From a virus (taxonomy: Duplodnaviria; Caudoviricetes), in the IMG/VR virus record IMGVR_UViG_3300043177_000122, positions 64,001 through 128,000 of that record: 64,000 bases of DNA, one strand, 5' to 3'. Every line of letters begins with the position of its first letter. Position 1 is the stretch's first letter. The position numbers were made by a program, and so were the translations under genes. A model generated the notes under the pieces. That model was not told the DNA's origin. It saw only the letters and a program-made list of their open reading frames with translations, and made no database searches. Positions 1 to 9,647 of the stretch are shown piece by piece.

Positions 1-1
1 C

Positions 2-934
2 AGGTTATTATCAGAATCTCAGGTTGCGTCTTGCTGGAAGCGTGGCGAATCTTTACAAGATTTGACCAAAGCTCTTAAAGAGTATCAACCAGATATTATT
101 TGGATTCAACATGAATTTGGTTTATGGCCAAATGCTAGTTACTGGTTATCTATGATGAGTCGGTTATCAGATTATCGTGTAATTGTAACTATGCACTCCA
201 TTTTTCACCATAAAGACAAAACAATTGTGGAAGCGGCAATGCCAGAAATTGTTGCTCATTTAGAGGGCGGCCGTAAACTTCTCAAAGAAGAGAAGTGCAT
301 TACTTCCAAGGTACATGTAATTCCGCATGGCTGTTATAAGCTCGATAATGAGCGATTATGGAATTTCTACAAATCTGACAAGACATTCTTGCAGTTCGGG
401 TTTGGGTTCCGTTACAAAGGCTGGGAGAATTCTATAAAAGCTACCGCCATCCTTAAAGAAAAGTATCCTGACGTTTTCTTCACTGGTTTATTCTCTGAAT
501 CACCATACGCTAAGCTTGAGCATCAAGTGTACTACAACGAGCTAATGAATCTAATTAATGAACTAGGAATACAAGAGAATGTTGCCTTGTTGCGCGGTTA
601 CCAGTCAGATGAAGTATTAGATAGTTTCTTACGAACAAATCAAGCCACTATTTTCCCGTATGTATCTCATCCTAATCATGAAGTGTTCGGAGCATCTGGA
701 GCTGCTAGAATGGCCATGTCAAAAGGATTGCCAGTTGTAACATCTTCCGTTAATCATTTCTCAGATTTACCAACGATAAAAGCAGATACACCAGAAGATA
801 TTGCAAAGGCCCTGGAAAAGATTTTCACGTCCTACAAAGCAAAAGAAAAACAACTTCAAGTTCAAATGGCCTATCTTAATGAAAATACTTGGGAAAAAAT
901 TGGTCAGCGCTATATTGATATTTTTGAGGAGTGA
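2..934 (+). CDS. GT4-like (GT-B) glycosyltransferase, 5' end outside window
   Basis: Frame is open from position 2 (RLLSESQ...); IWIQHEFG, VIPHG, FG..YKG.E and the C-terminal W.......Y..IF end are typical of GT4. Confidence 0.75.
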   Translation, partial: RLLSESQVASCWKRGESLQDLTKALKEYQPDIIWIQHEFGLWPNASYWLSMMSRLSDYRVIVTMHSIFHHKDKTIVEAAMPEIVAHLEGGRKLLKEEKCITSKVHVIPHGCYKLDNERLWNFYKSDKTFLQFGFGFRYKGWENSIKATAILKEKYPDVFFTGLFSESPYAKLEHQVYYNELMNLINELGIQENVALLRGYQSDEVLDSFLRTNQATIFPYVSHPNHEVFGASGAARMAMSKGLPVVTSSVNHFSDLPTIKADTPEDIAKALEKIFTSYKAKEKQLQVQMAYLNENTWEKIGQRYIDIFEE

Positions 935-1011
935 AATTACTGATAAAAAACGATATGACCTATGAAATTAATGATATAGGGTGATTGACAGACAATTACA
1001 TAGGAGAAATC

Positions 1012-1971
1012 ATGTCAACCTCAAATTACACCCTAGAAATTATTAGCCACCACCCAAAATTTAATAACAAGTCCCTTCGCAAATACTACGTTGATGGAAT
1101 TGAAACGGTAGGTGTTTGGGGCGATGAGCCATTCGAAATTCGTTTTAAAAATAATACTTGGCAAAAAGTTCAAGTAAAGATTACATTAGATGGTACCGAT
1201 ATTTTAACCGGCAAACCAGGAGATACTGAAGTCTCTAAGGATATGTGGGTAGTTAATGGATATGGCACTCTCAACCTTAAAGCCTGGCCAGAAGATAATA
1301 ATGGTGGAGCTGGTTTTGTTTTTACAAGCGCCAACAATAGCGTAGCAGTACATACTCATGGTGATATGTCTAGTCGTGGCATTATTGCTGCGGCTGTTTT
1401 CGTAGAAGGACATGTTGAGCCTATTAGACTTACCTATACTCCACCAATCTACGAAACGCATCACCACCACCATCACTATGAGAGACGTAAGTGTTCCGAC
1501 CATTTTTATAGTCCAATTTGGATTGGTGGCACAGGCGGTACTACTTATGGGTCTAGTACGGGCGGATTTGTTGGTGGCACCTTATCTTCAAATACTATCA
1601 GCTTAAACAGTGTTCAGCCTGCCGCATCATCCGCATCAGTTGATTGCTACATGAACGAGGTATGTGATTCAGATTCTCGTGGACTAGATAGTTTAGTTTC
1701 TGTTGGGGCCGGTACTCATGTTGATCAAAAGATTGTAGAGGTTGCTGGACTGATTAAGCCAACCTTTACTGAAACTATCAGAGTAAAATATATGTGGTGG
1801 GATGATTTACAAGCTAAGTTACGTACTGGTACTCGGGCTAAGCCACAACCTTCAGGATTCCCTGGAGACCACAATAAAAAGAATATTGATCTAAAGGGAA
1901 CTCCACGTATTGGAGAGAAGCCTGGATCATTTCGTCGAGTAGAACAACCACAAGTGTTTGATCGATTCTAA
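1012..1971 (+). CDS. Hypothetical protein with His6 tract and Ser/Gly/Thr-rich linker
   Basis: AGGAG RBS before ATG 1012; long ORF; HHHHHH at 1459-1476. Confidence 0.6.
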   Translation: MSTSNYTLEIISHHPKFNNKSLRKYYVDGIETVGVWGDEPFEIRFKNNTWQKVQVKITLDGTDILTGKPGDTEVSKDMWVVNGYGTLNLKAWPEDNNGGAGFVFTSANNSVAVHTHGDMSSRGIIAAAVFVEGHVEPIRLTYTPPIYETHHHHHHYERRKCSDHFYSPIWIGGTGGTTYGSSTGGFVGGTLSSNTISLNSVQPAASSASVDCYMNEVCDSDSRGLDSLVSVGAGTHVDQKIVEVAGLIKPTFTETIRVKYMWWDDLQAKLRTGTRAKPQPSGFPGDHNKKNIDLKGTPRIGEKPGSFRRVEQPQVFDRF

Positions 1972-1979
1972 TTCGACCT

Positions 1980-2008
1980 TGAGGCGAAATGGTTTCGCCT
2001 CATTTTTT
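1980..2008 (+). terminator. Rho-independent terminator
   Basis: TGAGGCGAAA-TGG-TTTCGCCTCA perfect 10-bp stem followed by T6. Confidence 0.85.
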
Positions 2009-2020
2009 ATTGGATGCGCC

Positions 2021-2048
2021 TTGACAGCGCATTCGTAGAAATTATATT
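2021..2048 (+). promoter_or_regulatory. sigma70-like promoter
   Basis: TTGACA-N16-TATATT in intergenic DNA. Confidence 0.65.
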
Positions 2049-2069
2049 TGAAGCACGAGGTAAATTTCA

Positions 2070-2531
2070 TGTGGCTTTTATTTCAAAGCAAGAACAGATG
2101 CAATTAAATCTTGAGCAACTAAAAGTTGTGGCTGTTTAACTGGTGATTTGATTTCATCTGGAAATAAACTATCAAATAATTTGGGAGCCATTAATTTAGT
2201 AAGAAGGCACTACAAACATAATGCAAAGAAAAGGGATTTAATTTTCAAGTTATCAGAAAAAGAATTTGAAAATTTCATATTTGGGAATTGTCATTATTGT
2301 GGGGCTGAGCCCAAATTAGTGAAATTTGCTAGTAGCTCTGAAAATAGAAGAGATAAAGAGATTATCTATAATGGTATAGATAGGATTAATAATTCTGTAG
2401 GATATGTATTGTCTAATTGTGTTACATGCTGTTCAATTTGTAATACAGCTAAATCTGATCTTTCATTTGAAGAATTTAATGATTGGATAAAAAGATTAGT
2501 GAGATATAATGGCCAACAAAAAAGTTTCTAA
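2070..2531 (+). pseudogene. HNH/EndoVII-like homing endonuclease, 5' part broken
   Basis: CHYC...GIDRINNSVGY..SNCVTCCSICN..K; upstream in-frame CGFYFKARTDAIKS*ATKSCGCL has TGA at 2112-2114; no intact start. Confidence 0.65.
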
Positions 2532-4998
2532 ATTTCCGCCTAAACGTCCAGACAATTCACATATAATTAAAGCAAGATCGAAACATGACTGGTCAGATTA
2601 TCAGAAAGCAATTTTTCAAGATATTGCAAAGGGGAAAGATCACACTGTTGTAATTGCTAGGGCTGGCAGTGGGAAAACAAGCACTATTGTTGAAGGTTTT
2701 AGATATATTCCAAAAGGAACGAAAACTCTCATGGTTGCTTTTAATAAAAGTATAGCCGAGGAGTTAAAACAACGAGCCGCATCTTATATTGATGTAATGA
2801 CTCTTCATTCTTTGGGATTCAGAGCTATTAAACAAAGTTTTGGAACTGATGTTATTCTAGAGAATGACAAATGTAATATGCTTATCTCCACACTAATTGG
2901 AGATGATCGGGATATGTGGGAAGTGAATCAGAGCATTGCAAAGTGTGTTTCTCTTTGTAAGGGTTTTCTTGTAGATACTCCATCTAAAGTTGGAGATTTG
3001 ATTGACAAGTTTGGAATCGAAATATTCGATTATTCTAGAGAGAAATTTACTGAATTAGTCCTCAAGACATTAGCTTTGTGCAAAGCAAAGAAAAATGTCA
3101 TTGATTTTGACGATATGATTTGGTTTCCCTTCGTTTATCGTTTAAACGTAGGGAAATTCGATGTTGTTTTTGTTGACGAAGCTCAGGATCTAAATCAGGC
3201 ACAAATTGCCATGGTGTTATCGGCTTGTAAAGTAGATGGTCGCATTATTGCAGTTGGAGACCCGGCGCAATGTGTTGATGAAAATACTATGGTAAATGTT
3301 GACGGAGGTTGGGCTTCCGTTAAAGATTGTAAAGTTGGACAATATATACTTTGCTATAATAATAGCAAATTAGATAGTAAAAAAATTATCAACAAAGTAA
3401 AATCTAATTGGGAATATGGTTATGAAATAACAACGTATTCTGGTAAGAAATTATTGATGTCCCCGAACCATAAGATTTGGGCGTCTGCACCAATGCTTGA
3501 CGAACAATATATTGTTTATTTGATGTATAGACCAGATTTAGGTTTTAGAGTAGGTAAAACTAATACGTGGAAGGATACAAATTATCCATTTGGTTTAAGA
3601 GCTAATTCTGAAAATGCAACCAAACTTTGGGTTCTTGATATTGCAAACTCTAATGAAGAAGCTCTGTTATTGGAAGAGCAGTATTCTTTAAGATATAAAA
3701 TTCCTACATCTGTATTTAATGGTGAACATAGAAATATCAATCAAGAAAGATTAAATACAATTTTTGCAGAGTTTGGAAAAAATGGACACTTTCTTCTTAA
3801 AGATAAAAATCTGCATTTTGCATACCCACATTGGATGGCTTCCTCTAATTCTAAAATCAATAGAAGAACTGTTAGGGTAAATGCTCATTCTAAAAAAGGA
3901 ACTCAAGTAACTTTGGAGTGGAAAGACGACGCTTTAGATAAAGTGTTTATGAAACATGGGGTTATCTTTTCTAAAGGCAAGAATTCAAGAATTAGAAAAT
4001 ACTTCTCTGATTATACTAGCGCCTTATCGTTTGCAGGAATGATTGCACAACTTTCTGGCGGAGAAGTTAACGAAAGATTATCGATTAATGATAATCCATA
4101 TTTGATTACCGCATCAGGTCTTCATGTTGGAATGAAAGTATATTCTTTACTTAAAAATCAACTTGTTGATGATATGATTATCAGTATAGATAAAAAATCC
4201 GGCTCATTTTATGATTTGGAAGTAGAAGAATCGGCCAATTTCATTGGTAATAATATTCTGAGCCACAATTCTATTTACCAGTTCCGAGGAGCTGATAGTG
4301 AGGCTATTCCAAACTTTATTGATAAGCTTAAAGCCAAAACTTTACCATTGTCCGTTACCTACCGCTGTCCGATCAAGGTGGTAGACCTAGCGAAGGAAAT
4401 TGTACCTGACATTGAGGCGGCCGAGAATGCCAAGGATGGGGTGGTAGAAGAGGTTCCAGCAGAACAATTTCTTAAATTGGTTAGGCCGGGGGACTTTGTG
4501 CTCTCTAGGACGAACGCCCCTTTGATTAAACACTGTATGGCTTTGCTAAAAGCAGGGGTACCAGCCAATATTCAAGGAAGAGATGTTGGCGCCAATCTAC
4601 AATATTTCATTAAAAAATCCAAATCAAAGACTATTGTTCAATTTACAGAATATGTAAATGCATGGAGAGAACAAGAAGTTAAGCGACTATTGGCTGAGAA
4701 AAAAGATCCAATTGCAACTATCGATAAAGCAGAATGTTTATTGAACCTCTGTGAAGGAACCCTTACTATTAAGGACCTAAAAGAGACAATAGAAAAGCTG
4801 TTCAACGATGTTAATGATACTGCTAAAGTTATTTTTTCAACAACACATAAAGCCAAAGGTTTGGAACGCGATAGAGTCTTTGTTCTCACCAACACCTACC
4901 GAAAAGGAGCCGGAGGAGAAGAAGACAACCTCTGGTATGTCGCGGTAACTCGTAGTAAATCTGAGTTGTACCTGGTAAAGAAATACTTGAAGCAATAA
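2509..4998 (+). CDS. uvrD: SF1 UvrD/Rep-like helicase containing an intein
   Basis: Walker A ARAGSGKT, VDEAQD, GDPAQ|SIYQFRGA split by an insertion, STTHKAKGLE, YVAVTRSK. Confidence 0.9.
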   Translation: MANKKVSKFPPKRPDNSHIIKARSKHDWSDYQKAIFQDIAKGKDHTVVIARAGSGKTSTIVEGFRYIPKGTKTLMVAFNKSIAEELKQRAASYIDVMTLHSLGFRAIKQSFGTDVILENDKCNMLISTLIGDDRDMWEVNQSIAKCVSLCKGFLVDTPSKVGDLIDKFGIEIFDYSREKFTELVLKTLALCKAKKNVIDFDDMIWFPFVYRLNVGKFDVVFVDEAQDLNQAQIAMVLSACKVDGRIIAVGDPAQCVDENTMVNVDGGWASVKDCKVGQYILCYNNSKLDSKKIINKVKSNWEYGYEITTYSGKKLLMSPNHKIWASAPMLDEQYIVYLMYRPDLGFRVGKTNTWKDTNYPFGLRANSENATKLWVLDIANSNEEALLLEEQYSLRYKIPTSVFNGEHRNINQERLNTIFAEFGKNGHFLLKDKNLHFAYPHWMASSNSKINRRTVRVNAHSKKGTQVTLEWKDDALDKVFMKHGVIFSKGKNSRIRKYFSDYTSALSFAGMIAQLSGGEVNERLSINDNPYLITASGLHVGMKVYSLLKNQLVDDMIISIDKKSGSFYDLEVEESANFIGNNILSHNSIYQFRGADSEAIPNFIDKLKAKTLPLSVTYRCPIKVVDLAKEIVPDIEAAENAKDGVVEEVPAEQFLKLVRPGDFVLSRTNAPLIKHCMALLKAGVPANIQGRDVGANLQYFIKKSKSKTIVQFTEYVNAWREQEVKRLLAEKKDPIATIDKAECLLNLCEGTLTIKDLKETIEKLFNDVNDTAKVIFSTTHKAKGLERDRVFVLTNTYRKGAGGEEDNLWYVAVTRSKSELYLVKKYLKQ
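3271..4269 (+). mobile_element. 333-aa intein in helicase motif III
   Basis: Begins CVDENT after GDPAQ; block B SPNHKI; ends FYDLEV...NNILSHN before Ser+1 (SIYQFRG). Confidence 0.92.
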
Positions 4999-5015
4999 TC
5001 TCGCATCTAGCTGAG

Positions 5016-6266
5016 ATGACTCGCTATAAAATGGTTGCTAGGGATATCAATTCCAATCCCACACAATGGAGAACTTGGGTAGTTCAGGGACAGCCTGATT
5101 TTGACGGATATTATTATACCGGTTATAAATCAGGTCCTAACGCCTTTACGGAAGTACATGCTTATGCTATACCTGATACAGGCACTATAGCTGACTTTAA
5201 TCTTCCAGACCCTACTAATTGGGTAGCTACTACGGACCGTTTAAATTGGGATTTCCCAATTCGTAAGGTTTTGCCAGCTCCATTAGAGGATTCAGCTCTA
5301 GCTGTTCTTGATGGGTACATCTATATGTTTGGCGGTAAGATTACCGACAAGATTTATCGTGCTCATGTCAATAATCCTGCTGATTGGGAAGATACAGGTG
5401 CCGTATTACCCAATCCATTGTTTGGGTCCTCTTTGGCCATTGTGGATGGATACATCTATTTATTTGGAGGAAACAACGGAGTAGATGCTGTAAATGGCCT
5501 TGGTGCTATAGATAATATCTACTCTGCTCCGGTTAGTAATCCATTAGTTTGGACTAATCATGGCTCTTTATTACCACGTAGATTAGAATACTCTCATTTA
5601 GCAATGGATGGTTATCAACTCTATCTATTTGGTGGTAGAGAAATTAACTCAGCTACTAATCTTATTTTTACAGCCACCACTTCTAATCCTTTATCTTGGA
5701 CAATAACTGGCTCCACTTTACCATACAAAGTATATGGCGGAACTTTAGCTCAAATTAATAATAATTGGATGATATTTGGTGGTCTTCTTACTCCTGATTC
5801 CCCTACTAACACAATAATTACAGCGTCAGTTAATACTCCGTTATCTTGGACAACTACCGGATTACTACCATGGTCTACTGGATTCGGACAATTTGTTAAT
5901 ATTGGTGGTGATGGATATCTCATTGGACCAATGAATGGTGCAAATACCAATTTTACATCTATTCTGCGTTGTAATTTGAATAATCCAAATGCATGGGTTG
6001 ATCTTCAAGTTGTGGTGCGCGGTGTTGTCTCTCATTCACAGATAGCAATCATTGCAGATAGAGTATGGCTTTTTGGCGGATCAGGATTAACTGCAATTTT
6101 CGCATGTAACCAGATTACTAAATACAATATATTAGCGCCCAAAGCTATCAATTATGGAACCATTACACGTGTTACTGTGCCTAATACTGATAACATAAAT
6201 AGACCATATACTGCAACTGGTATGCCGTGGTGGAAAACTGATTATCCTTTTTATAATAGACCGTAA
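5016..6266 (+). CDS. Kelch-repeat beta-propeller protein
   Basis: Repeated YIY(M/L)FGG/LYLFGG/WLFGG units at about 50-aa spacing, with ..NPL.W motifs. Confidence 0.75.
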   Translation: MTRYKMVARDINSNPTQWRTWVVQGQPDFDGYYYTGYKSGPNAFTEVHAYAIPDTGTIADFNLPDPTNWVATTDRLNWDFPIRKVLPAPLEDSALAVLDGYIYMFGGKITDKIYRAHVNNPADWEDTGAVLPNPLFGSSLAIVDGYIYLFGGNNGVDAVNGLGAIDNIYSAPVSNPLVWTNHGSLLPRRLEYSHLAMDGYQLYLFGGREINSATNLIFTATTSNPLSWTITGSTLPYKVYGGTLAQINNNWMIFGGLLTPDSPTNTIITASVNTPLSWTTTGLLPWSTGFGQFVNIGGDGYLIGPMNGANTNFTSILRCNLNNPNAWVDLQVVVRGVVSHSQIAIIADRVWLFGGSGLTAIFACNQITKYNILAPKAINYGTITRVTVPNTDNINRPYTATGMPWWKTDYPFYNRP

Positions 6267-6285
6267 TTTAGTAAATAAAGCAGGG

Positions 6286-6313
6286 TTGACTTCCCTCTGA
6301 AAATGATTAGAAT
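6286..6313 (+). promoter_or_regulatory. sigma70-like promoter of the pth2-pheRS operon
   Basis: TTGACT-N16-TAGAAT. Confidence 0.65.
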
Positions 6314-6320
6314 TTGAATT

Positions 6321-6812
6321 ATGAAAGACTATGATACGCCAGAGGAGTGTGAAAAGAGAGCTTCTCAAGAAGATCCTATTGTTATGTACTTAATTGTTCA
6401 TGAAACATTGAATATGAGTACAGGTAAAACAGCAGCTCAATGCGCTCATGCATCTCAGATGTTAACGCTAGAGTACTTTGAAGCTAAAGATAAATCTCGT
6501 GAATTGCAAAAACAAATTCAAAAAACTACCGATCCTGATGAGTTGCTTGTAATGAAAAGTCTGTATGCCGATTATGGTCGCAAGTTATCTATTTTTGGTG
6601 AATGGATGGAAAACTCTTTCCGTAAAGTAGTGCTTCGAGCAGATGACAAAGAATGGGCAAAAATCAAGCAAGACTATGGCCAACATATGGTTATGGTGGT
6701 TGATGCTGGTTTGACAGAAATTCCCAGCGGCAGTGAGACGGTTATAGGTCTATGGCCTATGCGCAAAAGTCAGAGGCCAAAAACTGTTCAACACTTACAA
6801 GTCTTGAAATGA
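6321..6812 (+). CDS. pth2: Peptidyl-tRNA hydrolase, Pth2 (archaeal/eukaryotic-type) family
   Basis: GKTAAQCAHA, RKVVL, VDAGLTEI.SGSETVIG; catalytic K/D/T present. Confidence 0.85.
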   Translation: MKDYDTPEECEKRASQEDPIVMYLIVHETLNMSTGKTAAQCAHASQMLTLEYFEAKDKSRELQKQIQKTTDPDELLVMKSLYADYGRKLSIFGEWMENSFRKVVLRADDKEWAKIKQDYGQHMVMVVDAGLTEIPSGSETVIGLWPMRKSQRPKTVQHLQVLK

Positions 6813-7183
6813 TACATGGATTAGTGGTACAAGAGACACAAAATCGTGGCCTTGGTGTATTTGCCACAAAACCTTTTGAAAAGGGAGAACTCATTGAGTG
6901 CTGCCATGTTATTGTTGTACCACGCACAGAGATTATGATTGGCAATACCAGTTCAGTTATGAGACATTATGTAATTGATTGGGACGGTAAACTAGCTGTA
7001 CCAACTGGTTATGGTTGCTTTTATAATCATTCATATAAGCCCAATGCCATTCATTATAAGCATATAGATTTAAATCAAATTCATTTGCATGCTTTAAGAG
7101 ATATTCTTCCATTTGAAGAGATAACGTTCAATTATGGTGGATTTCCTGACTGCAATGAAACATTATGGTTTGAGGTTAAATGA
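6809..7183 (+). CDS. SET-domain lysine methyltransferase
   Basis: GLGVFAT..FEKGELI, YNHSYKPNA, ALRDI..EEITFNYG; ATGA overlap with pth2 stop. Confidence 0.85.
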   Translation: MIHGLVVQETQNRGLGVFATKPFEKGELIECCHVIVVPRTEIMIGNTSSVMRHYVIDWDGKLAVPTGYGCFYNHSYKPNAIHYKHIDLNQIHLHALRDILPFEEITFNYGGFPDCNETLWFEVK

Positions 7184-7204
7184 AATGTACATGTCCAGGC
7201 TGGT

Positions 7205-7789
7205 ATGGTACTAAGTATCCTTGGCCACTTAGCTTATGTTCAATCTGACGAAATTTCTTTGTTAATAACAAACTATCAAACATTGGATACTCAATCTTGG
7301 TTTGATAATAATCTTCAGAAGATGATAAGTGTGGCTGCTGGCGTTGCGTCTAGTACTTTTACTACCGAATCTTGGAGAATTTGGATGGATGAGGATACTC
7401 CAAGTTTAAAGAAAATAGTACCAGCAATTTTTGATGCTAGAGCTTTTGTCCTTCCAAAAGAAGATGTTGTCAACTATTTCTTATGGCGTCAGCAGGATGC
7501 TACTAGAAACTCTGTGCAAATGTTAGCCCGATCTCTGTATTCGCACAAAGAGTGCACTAATAAAAATAACTCTGAATTACAAGAGTTGATTTTCCAAAAG
7601 GGAATCAACTGAAATGACTGCCCAACGTCACAAAAGCGTGGACGCTGTATTGTTAAAAAGTATACCAAAAAGTCTACTTTGAATCCTAAAGTTCAACAAT
7701 ATGAAACGGCACTTCGTAGTGAGTGGGAGGTTGATAATGAGATTCCTATCTTTTCACAAGATAGAAACTATATCAATCAATATGTCTAA
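7205..7789 (+). pseudogene. Thg1-like (TLP) guanylyltransferase, N-terminus missing plus internal stop
   Basis: AYVQSDEISLL, FDARAF, YFLWRQQDATRNS, GIN*NDCP..KRG (TGA 7610-7612 where Trp is expected), continues to IPIFSQDRNYI; the RLDG motif is absent. Confidence 0.85.
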
Positions 7790-8117
7790 AAGTCAAATTA
7801 GAAAAGAACGCAAACGAAAACGTTTTAAACAAAAGAAAATAAACACTAAGCTAAAGAAGAAATTGTTTGGTCATCTGTTTATGGCGCCCTGTATTTATTG
7901 TAGGCGGGCCTTTTTATTATCTACATTAACAGTTGAACACATTACGCCATTATGCCTTGGTGGAACCAATGATCCATCTAATATTGCATTGGCATGCTTT
8001 CCTTGCAATAATGATAAGGGAAGAGAAGCTTGGTTCCAAAAACGTGAATTTAATAAGAAACACTATGAACAATATCACTCACAGTATCGAATTGAAAATT
8101 GGGAAAGGATTATATAG
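7782..8117 (+). CDS. HNH endonuclease
   Basis: CIYC...TVEHITPLCLGGTND.SNIALAC..CNNDKG. Confidence 0.8.
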   Translation: MSKSQIRKERKRKRFKQKKINTKLKKKLFGHLFMAPCIYCRRAFLLSTLTVEHITPLCLGGTNDPSNIALACFPCNNDKGREAWFQKREFNKKHYEQYHSQYRIENWERII

Positions 8118-9132
8118 GAACCCAGCACACCCTTTGTGTATTGTCAAAGAGATGGTTTTTGATTATTTTGAAGATTTATCACGAATCGAAATTGATAATC
8201 CATATGTGCCTATTGAATATAATTTCGATAGACTACGTGTACCTACCGATCATCCTTCAAGACGTCCAACTGATACCTACTACAAGGATGATAAGAACTG
8301 CCTCCGCACCCATATGACATGTTATTTATATCCATTTGGGAAATCAGATACTGGTCAAAGTAAGCTTAAGTATATTACATGTGGTGACGTCTATCGAAAA
8401 GATACTATTGATGCTACACATTATCCAGTGTTCCATCAGATGGATGCATTTTGTATGGTTCCAGATGATGTAGATGTAAGGCAAGATTTGCGCAATAGGT
8501 TGCAAGGTTTAGTAAAACATCTTTTTGGCGAAAGCACAGAATGTCAGTTCTTAGAAGATTCAGAATATGAAGAGGTTTACTTTCCTTTTACAATTGATTC
8601 TGTCGAAGTGAGTGTTTCTTTACCGGATGAGCATGGCAAAATTAAACAACTAGAAATTTTAGGAGCAGGAACTGTCCATCCCGACATTATGGCCGATCTT
8701 GGTTTGCCAGGTAAAAAAGCGTGGGCTTTTGGTTTAGGTCTAGAAAGATTAGCTATGGTTATGTTCGGCATTCCTGATATTAGATTATTTTGGAGCACAG
8801 ATAAAAGATTTTTAAGTCAATTTACGCCGGGCAAGATTACCAAATTTAATCCTTACTCAAAATATGAGTCATGTTATAAAGACATTTCATTTTTCTTAAG
8901 TGAAAAATTTTCTTATAACGACCTCTGCTCTATCGCTAGAGATGAAGATGAGAACAACATAATTGAATCTATTTCATTGATTGATGAGTTCCAGGTTAAA
9001 GGCCGAACTTCGCAGTGTTATAGAATTACATATCGCTCCATGGATGGTACGTTACGAAACTCTGATGTAAATACAATTCAAAAATCAATCAGAGACCGAA
9101 TTATCCAAGAGCTAGGAGTAGAAGTAAGATGA
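8065..9132 (+). CDS. pheS: Single-chain (mitochondrial-type) phenylalanyl-tRNA synthetase
   Basis: HPSRR..DTYY, LRTHMT, GDVYRKD.ID.THYPVFHQMD, FPFT, LEILGAG, WAFGLGLERLAM...IPDIRLFW fused to an FDX-ACB domain (SKY....KDISF, SQCYRITYRS...TL). Confidence 0.9.
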   Translation: MNNITHSIELKIGKGLYRNPAHPLCIVKEMVFDYFEDLSRIEIDNPYVPIEYNFDRLRVPTDHPSRRPTDTYYKDDKNCLRTHMTCYLYPFGKSDTGQSKLKYITCGDVYRKDTIDATHYPVFHQMDAFCMVPDDVDVRQDLRNRLQGLVKHLFGESTECQFLEDSEYEEVYFPFTIDSVEVSVSLPDEHGKIKQLEILGAGTVHPDIMADLGLPGKKAWAFGLGLERLAMVMFGIPDIRLFWSTDKRFLSQFTPGKITKFNPYSKYESCYKDISFFLSEKFSYNDLCSIARDEDENNIIESISLIDEFQVKGRTSQCYRITYRSMDGTLRNSDVNTIQKSIRDRIIQELGVEVR

Positions 9133-9647
9133 AAACTGTCTATATCTTTTTTGGAGAAATGGGAAGTGGTAAAAGCTATTGTGGTTCCCGCTATGCAGAG
9201 AAGCATGGTTTCAAGTTTTTCGAAGGAGATAGTGTGGTCACTCCTCGTATGTTAGAGCGAGTTTCTAAGTTCAAAGCTATCAGTGAAGATATCTTAGAAG
9301 AATATATGGATGTTTTGGCTGATGCAATTGCCGATCAAATGACAGATTGTGAACATCTTGTTGTATCACAAGCTTTATACCGAGATGAAGATAGAAAATC
9401 TATGATTACTTTTCTTGAGTGCTTAGGTTATCAAGTAAGAATGTGGTGGGTCCAAGTTAAATGGAATCGTAACATTCAGAACTTGCTTACTAGACCAAAC
9501 GGATGGAAATGGGTTTTGTATTGGTTAATTAATAAACCATTCTTTCAAAGGCCCACTCATGTCCATCAGTTGTTTTACAATATATATATGGGTGAGCACA
9601 ATGGAGAACAAGGAAACCTTTCAAGCCAGAATTCAACCTTACTTTAG
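9129..9647 (+). CDS. P-loop kinase (gluconate/shikimate kinase-like)
   Basis: GEMGSGKS, FFEGD; 3' end runs into the next gene over a TA repeat, so the true stop is uncertain. Confidence 0.6.
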   Translation: MKTVYIFFGEMGSGKSYCGSRYAEKHGFKFFEGDSVVTPRMLERVSKFKAISEDILEEYMDVLADAIADQMTDCEHLVVSQALYRDEDRKSMITFLECLGYQVRMWWVQVKWNRNIQNLLTRPNGWKWVLYWLINKPFFQRPTHVHQLFYNIYMGEHNGEQGNLSSQNSTLL

